A DNA stretch of 64,000 nucleotides from positions 5,603-69,602 of the forward strand of contig JANPGH010000122.1 of the NCBI GenBank assembly GCA_031423795.1. The letters are read 5' to 3'. Under the pieces are notes generated by a model. That model searched no databases and was not told the origin of the DNA. It was given only the letters and a program-made list of their open reading frames with translations. The translations under genes and the position numbers were made by a program. The stretch comes from Elusimicrobiota bacterium. GTDB taxonomy: Bacteria > Elusimicrobiota > Elusimicrobia > UBA1565 > UBA9628. Positions 56,210-64,000 of the stretch are shown here, piece by piece. Position 1 is the first letter of the stretch; the number at the start of each line of letters is the position of its first letter.

Positions 56210-57537
56210 GTCCTCTGGTTGCCGACGCCAGCGAACGGTTCGCCGCCCTTTTCCGGGCGGAGAGAGACCGCTTGCCTGGCGGCGGGCTGGCTTGGCTCAA
56301 CGCTTCCCGCGAAGCGGCGTTGGATTCGTTCCAAGCCCAGGGCCTCCCCTCCAATCGCGTCGAGGGATGGCGGCACACGCCCTCACGGGCGCTGACCGAC
56401 ACAGAATTCATTGCCGCGGAAAAGCCGAAAGTCCGCGCCCGTTTCGCCGGCCGCGCGTTGTGCCCGGTCGATTTCCACCGCGTCGTCATCCAAAATGGGC
56501 GATTTCAGGGTGACGACTCGCGCGTGACCGGCTTGCCCGAGGGCGTCAGCGTCTTGAGTTTGGCCGATGTGCTGCGCGACGATCCAGAGTCGTTGCGGAC
56601 AGAACTGTCGCGGCCGATCCCTTCGGATGGGCTTGCGTTCGCCGCCTTGGCGGCCGCATCCTTTCGCGACGGTATCGTCGTGTGCGTCGCCCGGCACGCG
56701 CGGCTCGACCGCCCAATCCATATGATCCTCAGCTCCGCCGACGGCGATTCCGGACGCCCTCAGGCCGCGCACGTGCGCGTGCTTTTGATTTTGGAGGACG
56801 GTGCTTCCGCCGAGATCCTGGTCGAATCGCTTAGCGACGGGTCGGCCCCGTTTTGGACGAACCTGCTGACCTCAGTCGTCTTGGGTGAGGGTGCGTCGCT
56901 CAAGCATTACTGGCTCCAGCATGAAAATTTGACGGGCGCGATGACCGCGGCGACTCTCGTGACGGTCGGCCGCAGCGCGCGCTATGAATCGCATGCATTT
57001 AATTTCGGCGGGACATTGATCCGCAATGATTTGCGCGTGCGCCTGGCCGGCGCGGGCGCTGATTGCGCGCTCAACGGTCTGTCCTTGCTGCGCGGCGACG
57101 AGGTCGTCGATCATCATACCGTCGTCGAGCATGCATGCGTCGGCGGGACGACCCGCCAGCTTTACAAGGCCGTGCTCGACGAGCGCAGCCGCTTCATTTT
57201 CGACGGCCTGGTCGACGTTCACCCCGGCGCGCAGAAAACCGACGCGTCGGTATACAATAAAAATCTGCTGCTCTCGGAAGATGCCGACGTGCACACCAAT
57301 CCCGAATTCAAAATCCTGGCCGACGACGTGTCCTGCAAACATGGTGGCGCGATCGGCCAGCTGTCTCCGGAGTCGTTATTTTACCTGCGTTCTCGCGGCA
57401 TTGGCTCGGAGGACGCGCGGCGGCTACTGGTCTACGCCTTCGGCGCGGAAATGCTTGAACGCGTCGGCCTCGAACAGCTGCGCCATACGCTCGCCGACGC
57501 CCTGCATGCGCGCATGCCCGAGGAGAACTTGCGATGA
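56206..57537 (+). CDS. sufD: Fe-S cluster assembly protein SufD
   Basis: ATGA overlap with sufC. C-terminal beta-helix region similar to SufB ([11 protein letters not shown]). Confidence 0.92.
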
Positions 57538-58784
57538 GCCTGGACCCGATTCGTTTAAAAAAGGATTTCCCGATTTTTAAGCGCTTGGTGCACGGAAAAC
57601 CGCTGGTGTATCTGGACAATGCGGCGACGACTCAAAAGCCGCGCGCGGTGATCGATGCGCTTGTGGACTTCTATGAGAACCATAATGCCAACGTGCATCG
57701 CGGCGTGCACACGCTTTCCGAGGAAGCCACCAACATGGTCGAGGCCTCCCGCGCCAAAACGGCGAAGTTCATCGGCGCTCCAAAGCCCGAAACCGTCATT
57801 TTCACGCGCAACGCGACCGAGTCGATCAATTTGGTCGCCCACGCTTGGGGACGCAAGTTCCTGAAGGCCGGCGACGAGATAGTCCTCACGGAAATGGAGC
57901 ATCATTCGAATATCGTCCCGTGGCAGCTCCTCGCTGCCGAGCGCGGCGTGGTGCTCAAGTTCATTCCCGTCGAATACGACGGTACGCTCGACTTAAGCAA
58001 GGTACGGGCGACGGTTGGACCGAAAACGAAGCTGCTGAGCTTCGTCGCGATCTCGAACGCGCTCGGGACCGTCAATCCCGTTGCCGAGATGATCGCGATC
58101 GGGAAGGCTGCGGGTGCTACGGTGCTTGTCGACGCGTGCCAATGGGCGCCGCACCGTACGATGGACGTCGTCGCGTGGGGGGCGGATTTTATCGCCTTCT
58201 CCGCGCATAAGATGCTGGGCCCCACCGGCATCGGCGTGCTGTGGGGGCGAGAGGAATTGCTCAGCGCGATGGACCCGTTCCTCGGCGGAGGAGACATGAT
58301 CTCGCGCGTGTCCCTGGAACGCTCGACCTGGAACGAGCTGCCCTATAAATTCGAGGCGGGGACGCCCAATATCGCCGACGCGGTCGCGTTCGGGCCGGCG
58401 CTCGACTATTTGACGGCTGTGGGCCTCGACTCCGTGCGCGAGCACGAGGATAAGCTCGCCGCGAAAGCAGTCGCATTGCTCGGGGAATATCCCGCGGTCG
58501 GTGTCCTTGGCCCGAAGGAGCCATCCCGGCGCTCTGGCGTGGTTTCGTTTAACATCGCGGGACTGCATCCGCACGACGTGGGCACCATCTTCGATCTCGA
58601 GGGCGTGGCCGTCCGCGTCGGCCACCATTGCTGCCAGCCGCTCATGCACAAGCTCCAATGCGGGGGAACGACTCGCGCTAGTTTCTACCTTTACAACGAC
58701 GAATCCGACGTCGAAGCGCTGGGACGGGCCCTCAAACGCACGCTCGATTTCTTCAAAATCGGGACGAAGGCGGGGGTGAGCTGA
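57534..58784 (+). CDS. sufS: Cysteine desulfurase SufS (group II)
   Basis: 416 aa. FSAHKMLGPTGIG (PLP lysine), RVGHHCCQP. Confidence 0.95.
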   Translation: MSLDPIRLKKDFPIFKRLVHGKPLVYLDNAATTQKPRAVIDALVDFYENHNANVHRGVHTLSEEATNMVEASRAKTAKFIGAPKPETVIFTRNATESINLVAHAWGRKFLKAGDEIVLTEMEHHSNIVPWQLLAAERGVVLKFIPVEYDGTLDLSKVRATVGPKTKLLSFVAISNALGTVNPVAEMIAIGKAAGATVLVDACQWAPHRTMDVVAWGADFIAFSAHKMLGPTGIGVLWGREELLSAMDPFLGGGDMISRVSLERSTWNELPYKFEAGTPNIADAVAFGPALDYLTAVGLDSVREHEDKLAAKAVALLGEYPAVGVLGPKEPSRRSGVVSFNIAGLHPHDVGTIFDLEGVAVRVGHHCCQPLMHKLQCGGTTRASFYLYNDESDVEALGRALKRTLDFFKIGTKAGVS

Positions 58785-58785
58785 C

Positions 58786-59241
58786 ATGGAAGGCGACGCC
58801 GAGCTCCAGGATCTTTACCGTGAGGTTCTCCTCGATTATTTCCGCTCGACCACCCGCAAGGGCAAGCTCGATCCGGCCAACGTCCGCGCCCACGGTATAA
58901 ATCCAGTCTGCGGCGATGAGATCGAAATTACCGCCCAGCGCGACGGCGGGACGCTCGCCAAGCTGCGCTACGCCGGCCACGGCTGCGTGATCAGCCAGGC
59001 CTCCGCGGCGATGATGGGTGAAGCGCTCGAAGGCAAGAGCATCGACGAGGTTCGGGGTCTCGTCAAGGCGTTTAAGACCATGATGCTCGAAAACGCGCCG
59101 GTTTCCGAACTGCCGGAAGCTCTCGAGGCGCTCTCGGCGCTCGAGGGTGTGCGCAAATTTCCGTTGCGAGTGAAGTGCGCGACATTGGCTTGGAACACGG
59201 TTTCACAGGGCCTCGACGCTGCGAAAGCCCAGGAGTCTTAA
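58786..59241 (+). CDS. sufU: Sulfur-transfer/scaffold protein SufU
   Basis: NPVCGDEI, GHGCVISQAS, RVKCATLAW. Confidence 0.9.
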   Translation: MEGDAELQDLYREVLLDYFRSTTRKGKLDPANVRAHGINPVCGDEIEITAQRDGGTLAKLRYAGHGCVISQASAAMMGEALEGKSIDEVRGLVKAFKTMMLENAPVSELPEALEALSALEGVRKFPLRVKCATLAWNTVSQGLDAAKAQES

Positions 59242-59242
59242 G

Positions 59243-59575
59243 ATGACCACTATGGCCGCCCCCATCACCTTCCGTCAGATCGGCGCCGCTCTCCAACCGG
59301 TGTTCGATCCCGAAATTCACATGAGCATCGTCGATCTCGGTCTCGTCTATGGCGCGGAGATCGGCTCGAGTGAAAAGGGTCCGCTGGTGAAAATTAAAAT
59401 GAGCCTGACGTCGCCGGCTTGCCCTTACGGCCCGATGCTGCTGGCCTCCGCGCATTCCGCCCTCGCTCGCATTCCCGGCGTGAAGGACGTGGATGTCGAC
59501 CTGGTGTTCGCACCCAGCTGGGATCCACGCACCATGGCCACCGAAGACGCCAAGGAACAGCTCGGATTGTATTGA
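59243..59575 (+). CDS. sufT: DUF59/SufT-type Fe-S assembly factor
   Basis: 110 aa. SIVDLGLVY...LTSPACP. Confidence 0.8.
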   Translation: MTTMAAPITFRQIGAALQPVFDPEIHMSIVDLGLVYGAEIGSSEKGPLVKIKMSLTSPACPYGPMLLASAHSALARIPGVKDVDVDLVFAPSWDPRTMATEDAKEQLGLY

Positions 59576-59581
59576 GGATTT

Positions 59582-60055
59582 ATGAGAATCACCAGTTCAA
59601 TCGAATATGCGACGCGGTTGATGACGAGTGTGGCGCGCGCGTACGGTCAGGCGCCGCTTCCTGCGGAGCGCCTAGCTTCGGCGGAAAATATCCCGTCCGA
59701 TTACGTCAGTCAGATCTTGGTGAAATTGCGCCGCGCGGGGTTGGTATCCAGCCACCGTGGAAGCGCGGGCGGTTATGCGCTGTCGCGCCCGCCTGCGCAG
59801 ATCACGCTCGGCCAGGTGGTGCGCGCGGTGGACGGCGTCGTTTTCGAGGACGTGTGCGAGAAATTCAGCGACGGCGACAAGGACTGCCATCATCAAAACG
59901 GCTGCTCCATTTCGCCGGTGTGGCAGCGACTGAGCACACTCGTGACTGACTACTTTGAAAGCGTGACGCTCGCGTCGATTTTGGACGAGAAGACGGCGTC
60001 CTGTGGCACGGCTCCGGCGTGGCTAGCCAAGCTGACAAACGGCGAGGAGAAATAA
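59582..60055 (+). CDS. Rrf2-family transcriptional regulator with three clustered Cys (candidate Fe-S sensor)
   Basis: MRITSSIEYATRLM...HRGSAGGYALSRP. Cys cluster VCEKFSDGDKDCHHQNGCSISP. Confidence 0.88.
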   Translation: MRITSSIEYATRLMTSVARAYGQAPLPAERLASAENIPSDYVSQILVKLRRAGLVSSHRGSAGGYALSRPPAQITLGQVVRAVDGVVFEDVCEKFSDGDKDCHHQNGCSISPVWQRLSTLVTDYFESVTLASILDEKTASCGTAPAWLAKLTNGEEK

Positions 60056-60056
60056 G

Positions 60057-60287
60057 ATGACAACCTATGAGCGCGTGGAAAAAGTGATCGCAAAGATACG
60101 CCCTTATATCGAGGGCGACCATGGCACAATCGCGCTTGTCGCGGTGGACGAAGCCAGCGGGATCGTCAAGGTGCGTTTAGGGGGGGAATGCGGCTCCTGC
60201 CCCAGTTCGACGGCGACGCTCAAGGGCGGCGTCGAGCGCATGATCCGCCAGGAAATCCCGGAGATCAAGGAAGTCGTGTCGGTTTAG
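60057..60287 (+). CDS. NifU C-terminal (Nfu-type) domain protein
   Basis: 76 aa. IRPYIEGDHGTIALV...CGSCPSS. Confidence 0.8.
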   Translation: MTTYERVEKVIAKIRPYIEGDHGTIALVAVDEASGIVKVRLGGECGSCPSSTATLKGGVERMIRQEIPEIKEVVSV

Positions 60288-60295
60288 GGACGGCC

Positions 60296-61126
60296 TTGAG
60301 CAAACTCGTCGAGCTTCACTGCCACTCGATTTACTCGGACGGGACGTCGACCCCGGCCGACCTCGTTGCGCGTGCGGTCAAATCCGGGATTTCCCTTTTA
60401 ATACTCACCGATCACGACAGCGTGTCCGGAGCCGCCGACCTGACGGCGGCGGCCGCCACGGCCAAGCTCGAGGTGCGAGTCGGCATCGAAATCAATTGCG
60501 CGGGCGAGGGCGCTGCCGATCGTGTGCACGTGCTCGGTTACGGTTTTTCGCCGACGGCCGCGGGCTTTGAGTCGCGCCTGGAAGAATTTCGCGAGCGGCG
60601 CACCGTGCGGGCCCGCCGGATGGTCGAGAAACTGCGCGCGCTTGGCTTTGGATTAGACTACGAGCAGGTGCGGGCGACCGCGCATGAAACGGTCGGGCGG
60701 CCGCATGTGGCGGACGCGTTGCGGCGTTTGGGTATAGTCAAAAGCCGCAAGGAGGCCTTCGACCGCTTCCTCACCAAGGACAAGCCCGGTTTCGTTGAGT
60801 CAATGGGGCCCAGCCCCGCCGAGGCGATCGCTTTGATCCGCGACGCCGGCGGCATCGCCTGTCTGGCGCATCCCCAAACGGCCGGCAAGGAACCCGAACT
60901 GGACGAACTCAAGGCGCTGGGGTTGGACGGCGCCGAGGTCTACTACGGCGGCCATACGCCGTCGCAAACACGCATGTACGGCGACTGGGCGTCGTCGCGC
61001 GGTATGCTGGCGGTCGGCGGATCCGATTACCACGGTCCGGGCACGGGGCGCGAAGGAAAAATGGGCATCAGTTACGAGGACGGCGTCTTCGGAAAATTCC
61101 TGGAGAGGCTCGCCAAATGCTCGTGA
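60296..61126 (+). CDS. PHP-domain phosphoesterase (TrpH/YciV-like)
   Basis: TTG start at 60296 gives MSKLVELHCHSIYSDG...LTDHDSVSG...GGSDYHG. The upstream part of the track ORF overlaps the Nfu gene. Confidence 0.8.
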   Translation: MSKLVELHCHSIYSDGTSTPADLVARAVKSGISLLILTDHDSVSGAADLTAAAATAKLEVRVGIEINCAGEGAADRVHVLGYGFSPTAAGFESRLEEFRERRTVRARRMVEKLRALGFGLDYEQVRATAHETVGRPHVADALRRLGIVKSRKEAFDRFLTKDKPGFVESMGPSPAEAIALIRDAGGIACLAHPQTAGKEPELDELKALGLDGAEVYYGGHTPSQTRMYGDWASSRGMLAVGGSDYHGPGTGREGKMGISYEDGVFGKFLERLAKCS

Positions 61127-61830
61127 TCGCACACCGTGGCGCCAGCGGCCATGCCCCGGAGAACACGATGGCGGCGTTTCGCCAGGCTTTGCAAATGGGA
61201 GCCAAGGCGATCGAATTCGATGTGCACCTCACTCGTGACGAACAGCTCGTCGTCGCTCATGACGATGACCTGAAGCGTTGCGGGGGCGATCGGCGCCGAT
61301 TAAGTTCGTTGCGGTGGAAGGGTGACGCGCAGAACGTCGACGTTGGTTCCTGGTACGATAAACGTTTTGCCAGCGAGCGCCTGCCGCGTCTCGAGGACTT
61401 GTTCGATTTGACGCCCTCGTCCGTCGAATTGCATCTTGAAATCAAGCATGGTTCCACAGTCTATCCTGGAATCGAGAATAAAGTCGTCGATATGATCCGC
61501 CGTCGCGACGCGACAGACCGGACGGTCGTGTCCAGTTTCGACCATCGTGCGCTATCGGCGGTACGCGCTCTTGACCGGGACGTGCGCCTTGGCTATCTTC
61601 TGGGATCGACGGGTTTAAGTTCTGGGCTGCGGCAGATGCAGACCCTTTCGGCCGAGAGTTTACACGTAAGCATGCGCCAGGTTACCGGGCGTTTGGTCAA
61701 AGCGGCACATGGTCAGGATTTCAGGGTTTACGTCTACACGGTGAATACTCCGGAGGACCGCGATCGCCTGGCTCGAATTTATGTGGACGGCATTTTCAGC
61801 AATTATCCGGAGCTTGACCTATGGCGGTAA
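61117..61830 (+). CDS. Glycerophosphodiester phosphodiesterase
   Basis: IAHRGASGHAPENTMAAF...IEFDVHLTRDEQLVVAHDDDL. Confidence 0.88.
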   Translation: MLVIAHRGASGHAPENTMAAFRQALQMGAKAIEFDVHLTRDEQLVVAHDDDLKRCGGDRRRLSSLRWKGDAQNVDVGSWYDKRFASERLPRLEDLFDLTPSSVELHLEIKHGSTVYPGIENKVVDMIRRRDATDRTVVSSFDHRALSAVRALDRDVRLGYLLGSTGLSSGLRQMQTLSAESLHVSMRQVTGRLVKAAHGQDFRVYVYTVNTPEDRDRLARIYVDGIFSNYPELDLWR

Positions 61831-62882
61831 AGACTCGCCGGGCACCTGAGCCGACGTCCGCTGAGTTGGCGGCGGAAACGGACCGTTTGGCCGATAAGGG
61901 CTTGGCCGACCTGGGTTGGCGCGACGCGGAGCTCGAGCGCGCGGCGAAACTCACCTGGAAAATCAACCGTCTCAAGAAAGAGACGCGCAGCGTCATACCG
62001 GCGCACGTATACCAACGCGCGGAAATTTTGCTCGGCGTCGCTGATTTCATCGGCGACTCGTACAAGCTCGCGAAGCTTTGCGCCGAGTCCGATGCGCAGC
62101 GCGTGGTGTTCTGCGGCGTGCGGTTCATGGCTGAGACGGCGAAAATACTCAATCCCGAGAAAACGGTCCTGCTTCCGGCGCCAGAGGCCGGCTGCTCACT
62201 CTCCGAGTCGATCAACGCCTCCCAGGTCCGCGCGCTTAAGAAAAAGCATCCGGGAGCTCCGGTTGTCACCTACATCAACACGTCCGCGGCCGTGAAAGCG
62301 GAGTCCGATGTGATCGTCACCTCGGCGAACGCGCCGAAAATCCTGCGCCTACTTTATCAGTCCCATCCGCAGATTATTTTCATCCCGGACGAGATGATGG
62401 GTCGGAACCTGGCCCGCGAACTGGACAAAAAGATCGGTTCCGAACTTATTATTTGGGAAGGGTCCTGCATCGTCCACGACAACTTCGATTCGACGTCCGT
62501 CGAATTCTACCGGAAGATGTACCCGGACGTGAAAATCCTCGCCCACTTCGAATGCTCGCCGGGGCTCGTGTCCGTCGTCGATTATATCGGCGGCACTGGC
62601 GACATGATGAAATGGGTCGAGGAGAATAAGGCGTCGTCCTACATGCTGATCACCGAGTGCGGGCTCGGCGACTTGGCGCGTACGAAATTCCCAGAGAAAA
62701 CTTTCGTTCCGATGTGCCGTCTCTGTCCGTACATGAAGGCGACGGATCTGGCGCGCATCCTTCGCGCATTGGAAGCGCCGACCGCCGCGCAAATCATCGA
62801 CGTGCCCGAAGCCATTCGCCAGCGCGCCCGACGTCCGATCGAGCGGATGTTTGAGCTGGCGGAGGACCGGGCCGCCGCATGA
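61821..62882 (+). CDS. nadA: Quinolinate synthase
   Basis: CGVRFMAETAKIL, YINTSAAVKAESD, WEGSCIVHDNF, HFECSP, CPYMK. Confidence 0.93.
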   Translation: MAVKTRRAPEPTSAELAAETDRLADKGLADLGWRDAELERAAKLTWKINRLKKETRSVIPAHVYQRAEILLGVADFIGDSYKLAKLCAESDAQRVVFCGVRFMAETAKILNPEKTVLLPAPEAGCSLSESINASQVRALKKKHPGAPVVTYINTSAAVKAESDVIVTSANAPKILRLLYQSHPQIIFIPDEMMGRNLARELDKKIGSELIIWEGSCIVHDNFDSTSVEFYRKMYPDVKILAHFECSPGLVSVVDYIGGTGDMMKWVEENKASSYMLITECGLGDLARTKFPEKTFVPMCRLCPYMKATDLARILRALEAPTAAQIIDVPEAIRQRARRPIERMFELAEDRAAA

Positions 62883-64000
62883 GTTCCTGGGCGCCCTGGT
62901 CGACCGAGGTCTTTTCGCGCTCGCGGCAAGACCAGAAGCCGCTTCTCGTGGTCGTCGGTCTTGCTACGCAAGATTCATTAAAATCCGCCGAACGCGAAAT
63001 CCAGGCAAGGTTCATCCCCGTTTGCGTCGATCCGCAAGTCCGGCCGGACGTCGCGATCCGCATCGGCTCGGACCGCGCCGTCGTGCTTTCCCCGGACGGA
63101 GTCCGCCGTGCCGCGCTTGTTTTGCCGGCTGAAAATCTTGTGGCAACACTGGTGCGCCTGGCCGAACAGGCGGGCGTCGAGTCCGCCGGCCGGCCGGCCG
63201 GGGCCGTTGCCGCGTGGACGGGGGCGGTTCGAGAGAAACCTGCGACGGCGGCGCCGACCGACGCGGATATCGCCGACGCTTTCGCGCGTCTCGCGGCGGG
63301 CCCTACGTCGAACGAGGTCGCCGCGATCGCGGCGCTTCTCTATGCGGCCAGCGAGCGGCCGGAATTGCCGCCAAGCGAGGCGGTCGTACACCGCTTATCG
63401 CAGTGGATCGATACCACCGGTTTACCCGTCTCCTTGGAAACGCACGCGCGACGGGCGCTGCTGGCATGGGATGCGCACGTACTGATCGGAGAATACCGAT
63501 GGCGGTCGGTCGCTGAGGAGACGATCAAAATTATCCGCGATGAGTTGTACGAGCCGACGATCGGCGCGTGCCGCGAGCGGGCGGGAGTCGAGGTTTATCC
63601 GGCGCAAGGCAACGCCTTGGCGGCATTGGCCGCGTTGCGCGCGGCGGCGTACGACGTTCCGGGAGCCGAAGAACTGGCGCGCGGCTGTCTGGCATTTTTA
63701 CAATCGACGTTGTATGACCCGCTTTTAGGGATCACACACGCCCGCGGCGGGGAAGGCGGCGAGGTCCACGGACTTCTCGGCGACGCCGCCTGGACGGCAC
63801 TCGCGTTCTGCGAGGCTTATCTGCTGACCGGCGACAAATCCTACCGCGAATTCGCCGATTCTCTTTTGCGGTTTCTTTTCCAGGAACTTTGGGAGCGGGA
63901 GCGCGGAGGGTTCTTGGACCGAATTGCGCGCCGCGATGATCCCGCCATTTTGCGCGAAATCCGCGTCGATCCGCAGATGAATGCGGTCGCACTCGAAGTC
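62879..64000 (+). CDS. DUF255/YyaL-like protein (thioredoxin-like fold plus alpha/alpha-barrel) lacking the usual Cys motif; the 3' end runs off the window
   Basis: Not in the ORF track because it is edge-open. The ATG at 62879 sits in an ATGA overlap with nadA. The frame is open for 374 codons to base 64000. WAPWSTEVFSRSRQDQKPLLVVVGLATQDSL...FIPVCVDPQVRPDV resembles the DUF255 N-terminus. Confidence 0.7.
   Translation, partial: MSSWAPWSTEVFSRSRQDQKPLLVVVGLATQDSLKSAEREIQARFIPVCVDPQVRPDVAIRIGSDRAVVLSPDGVRRAALVLPAENLVATLVRLAEQAGVESAGRPAGAVAAWTGAVREKPATAAPTDADIADAFARLAAGPTSNEVAAIAALLYAASERPELPPSEAVVHRLSQWIDTTGLPVSLETHARRALLAWDAHVLIGEYRWRSVAEETIKIIRDELYEPTIGACRERAGVEVYPAQGNALAALAALRAAAYDVPGAEELARGCLAFLQSTLYDPLLGITHARGGEGGEVHGLLGDAAWTALAFCEAYLLTGDKSYREFADSLLRFLFQELWERERGGFLDRIARRDDPAILREIRVDPQMNAVALEV

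Noticed and set aside
57993-58787. 264-aa minus-strand ORF antisense to sufS (also 54691..55398 opposite sufB and 56872..57342 opposite sufD)
   Set aside because: These are shadow ORFs opposite strongly recognisable suf genes. They have no motifs and an Arg-rich composition.

Overview
GC-rich bacterial chromosomal window (about 60% by eye, not computed). It is very compact: roughly 60 protein genes, one tRNA, one MITE-like insertion and at least two decayed genes. At least 18 neighbouring gene pairs share 4-nt ATGA/GTGA start/stop overlaps. Most of the window is housekeeping sequence in long co-directional blocks. These include hpt-ftsH-folP-glmM-pdxJ-glmS-acpS, nnrD-tsaE-tsaB-rimI, and a TPR/LolB-like gene followed by ispE-spoVG-tRNA-Gln-glmU-prs-rplY-pth. 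There is also an aromatic amino-acid cluster (chorismate mutase, aminotransferase, prephenate dehydrogenase, pheA, and a convergent DAHP synthase), proBA, an extended suf operon (sufBCDSU-sufT-Rrf2-Nfu), and PHP-GDPD-nadA. The supplied ORF track omits two real ORFs that are open at the window edges. One is a protein of at least 1183 codons on the minus strand at 1..3550. The other is a DUF255/YyaL-like gene at 62879..64000. The most unusual material is as follows. (1) An envelope-directed accessory cluster at 5.2-12 kb holds a Fic-fold protein with a non-canonical active-site motif, abutted (TAA|ATG) to a 1092-aa ATP-grasp/12-TM MFS-like fusion, next to an alkaline-phosphatase-superfamily enzyme. 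(2) A 277-bp nested-palindrome MITE-like element with 30-nt terminal inverted repeats and a possible CTAAG target duplication sits exactly at the ftsH stop codon. (3) A winged-helix domain is split by an in-frame TAA at 21848. (4) A perfect 7-1-7 palindrome that matches the IscR type-1 core overlaps the suf promoter. (5) A frameshifted radical-SAM remnant follows proA. (6) The spoVG stop codon lies inside tRNA-Gln. No CRISPR array, rRNA, transposase or recognisable defence system was seen. All calls come from reading the sequence and from remembered family motifs. No searches were run.
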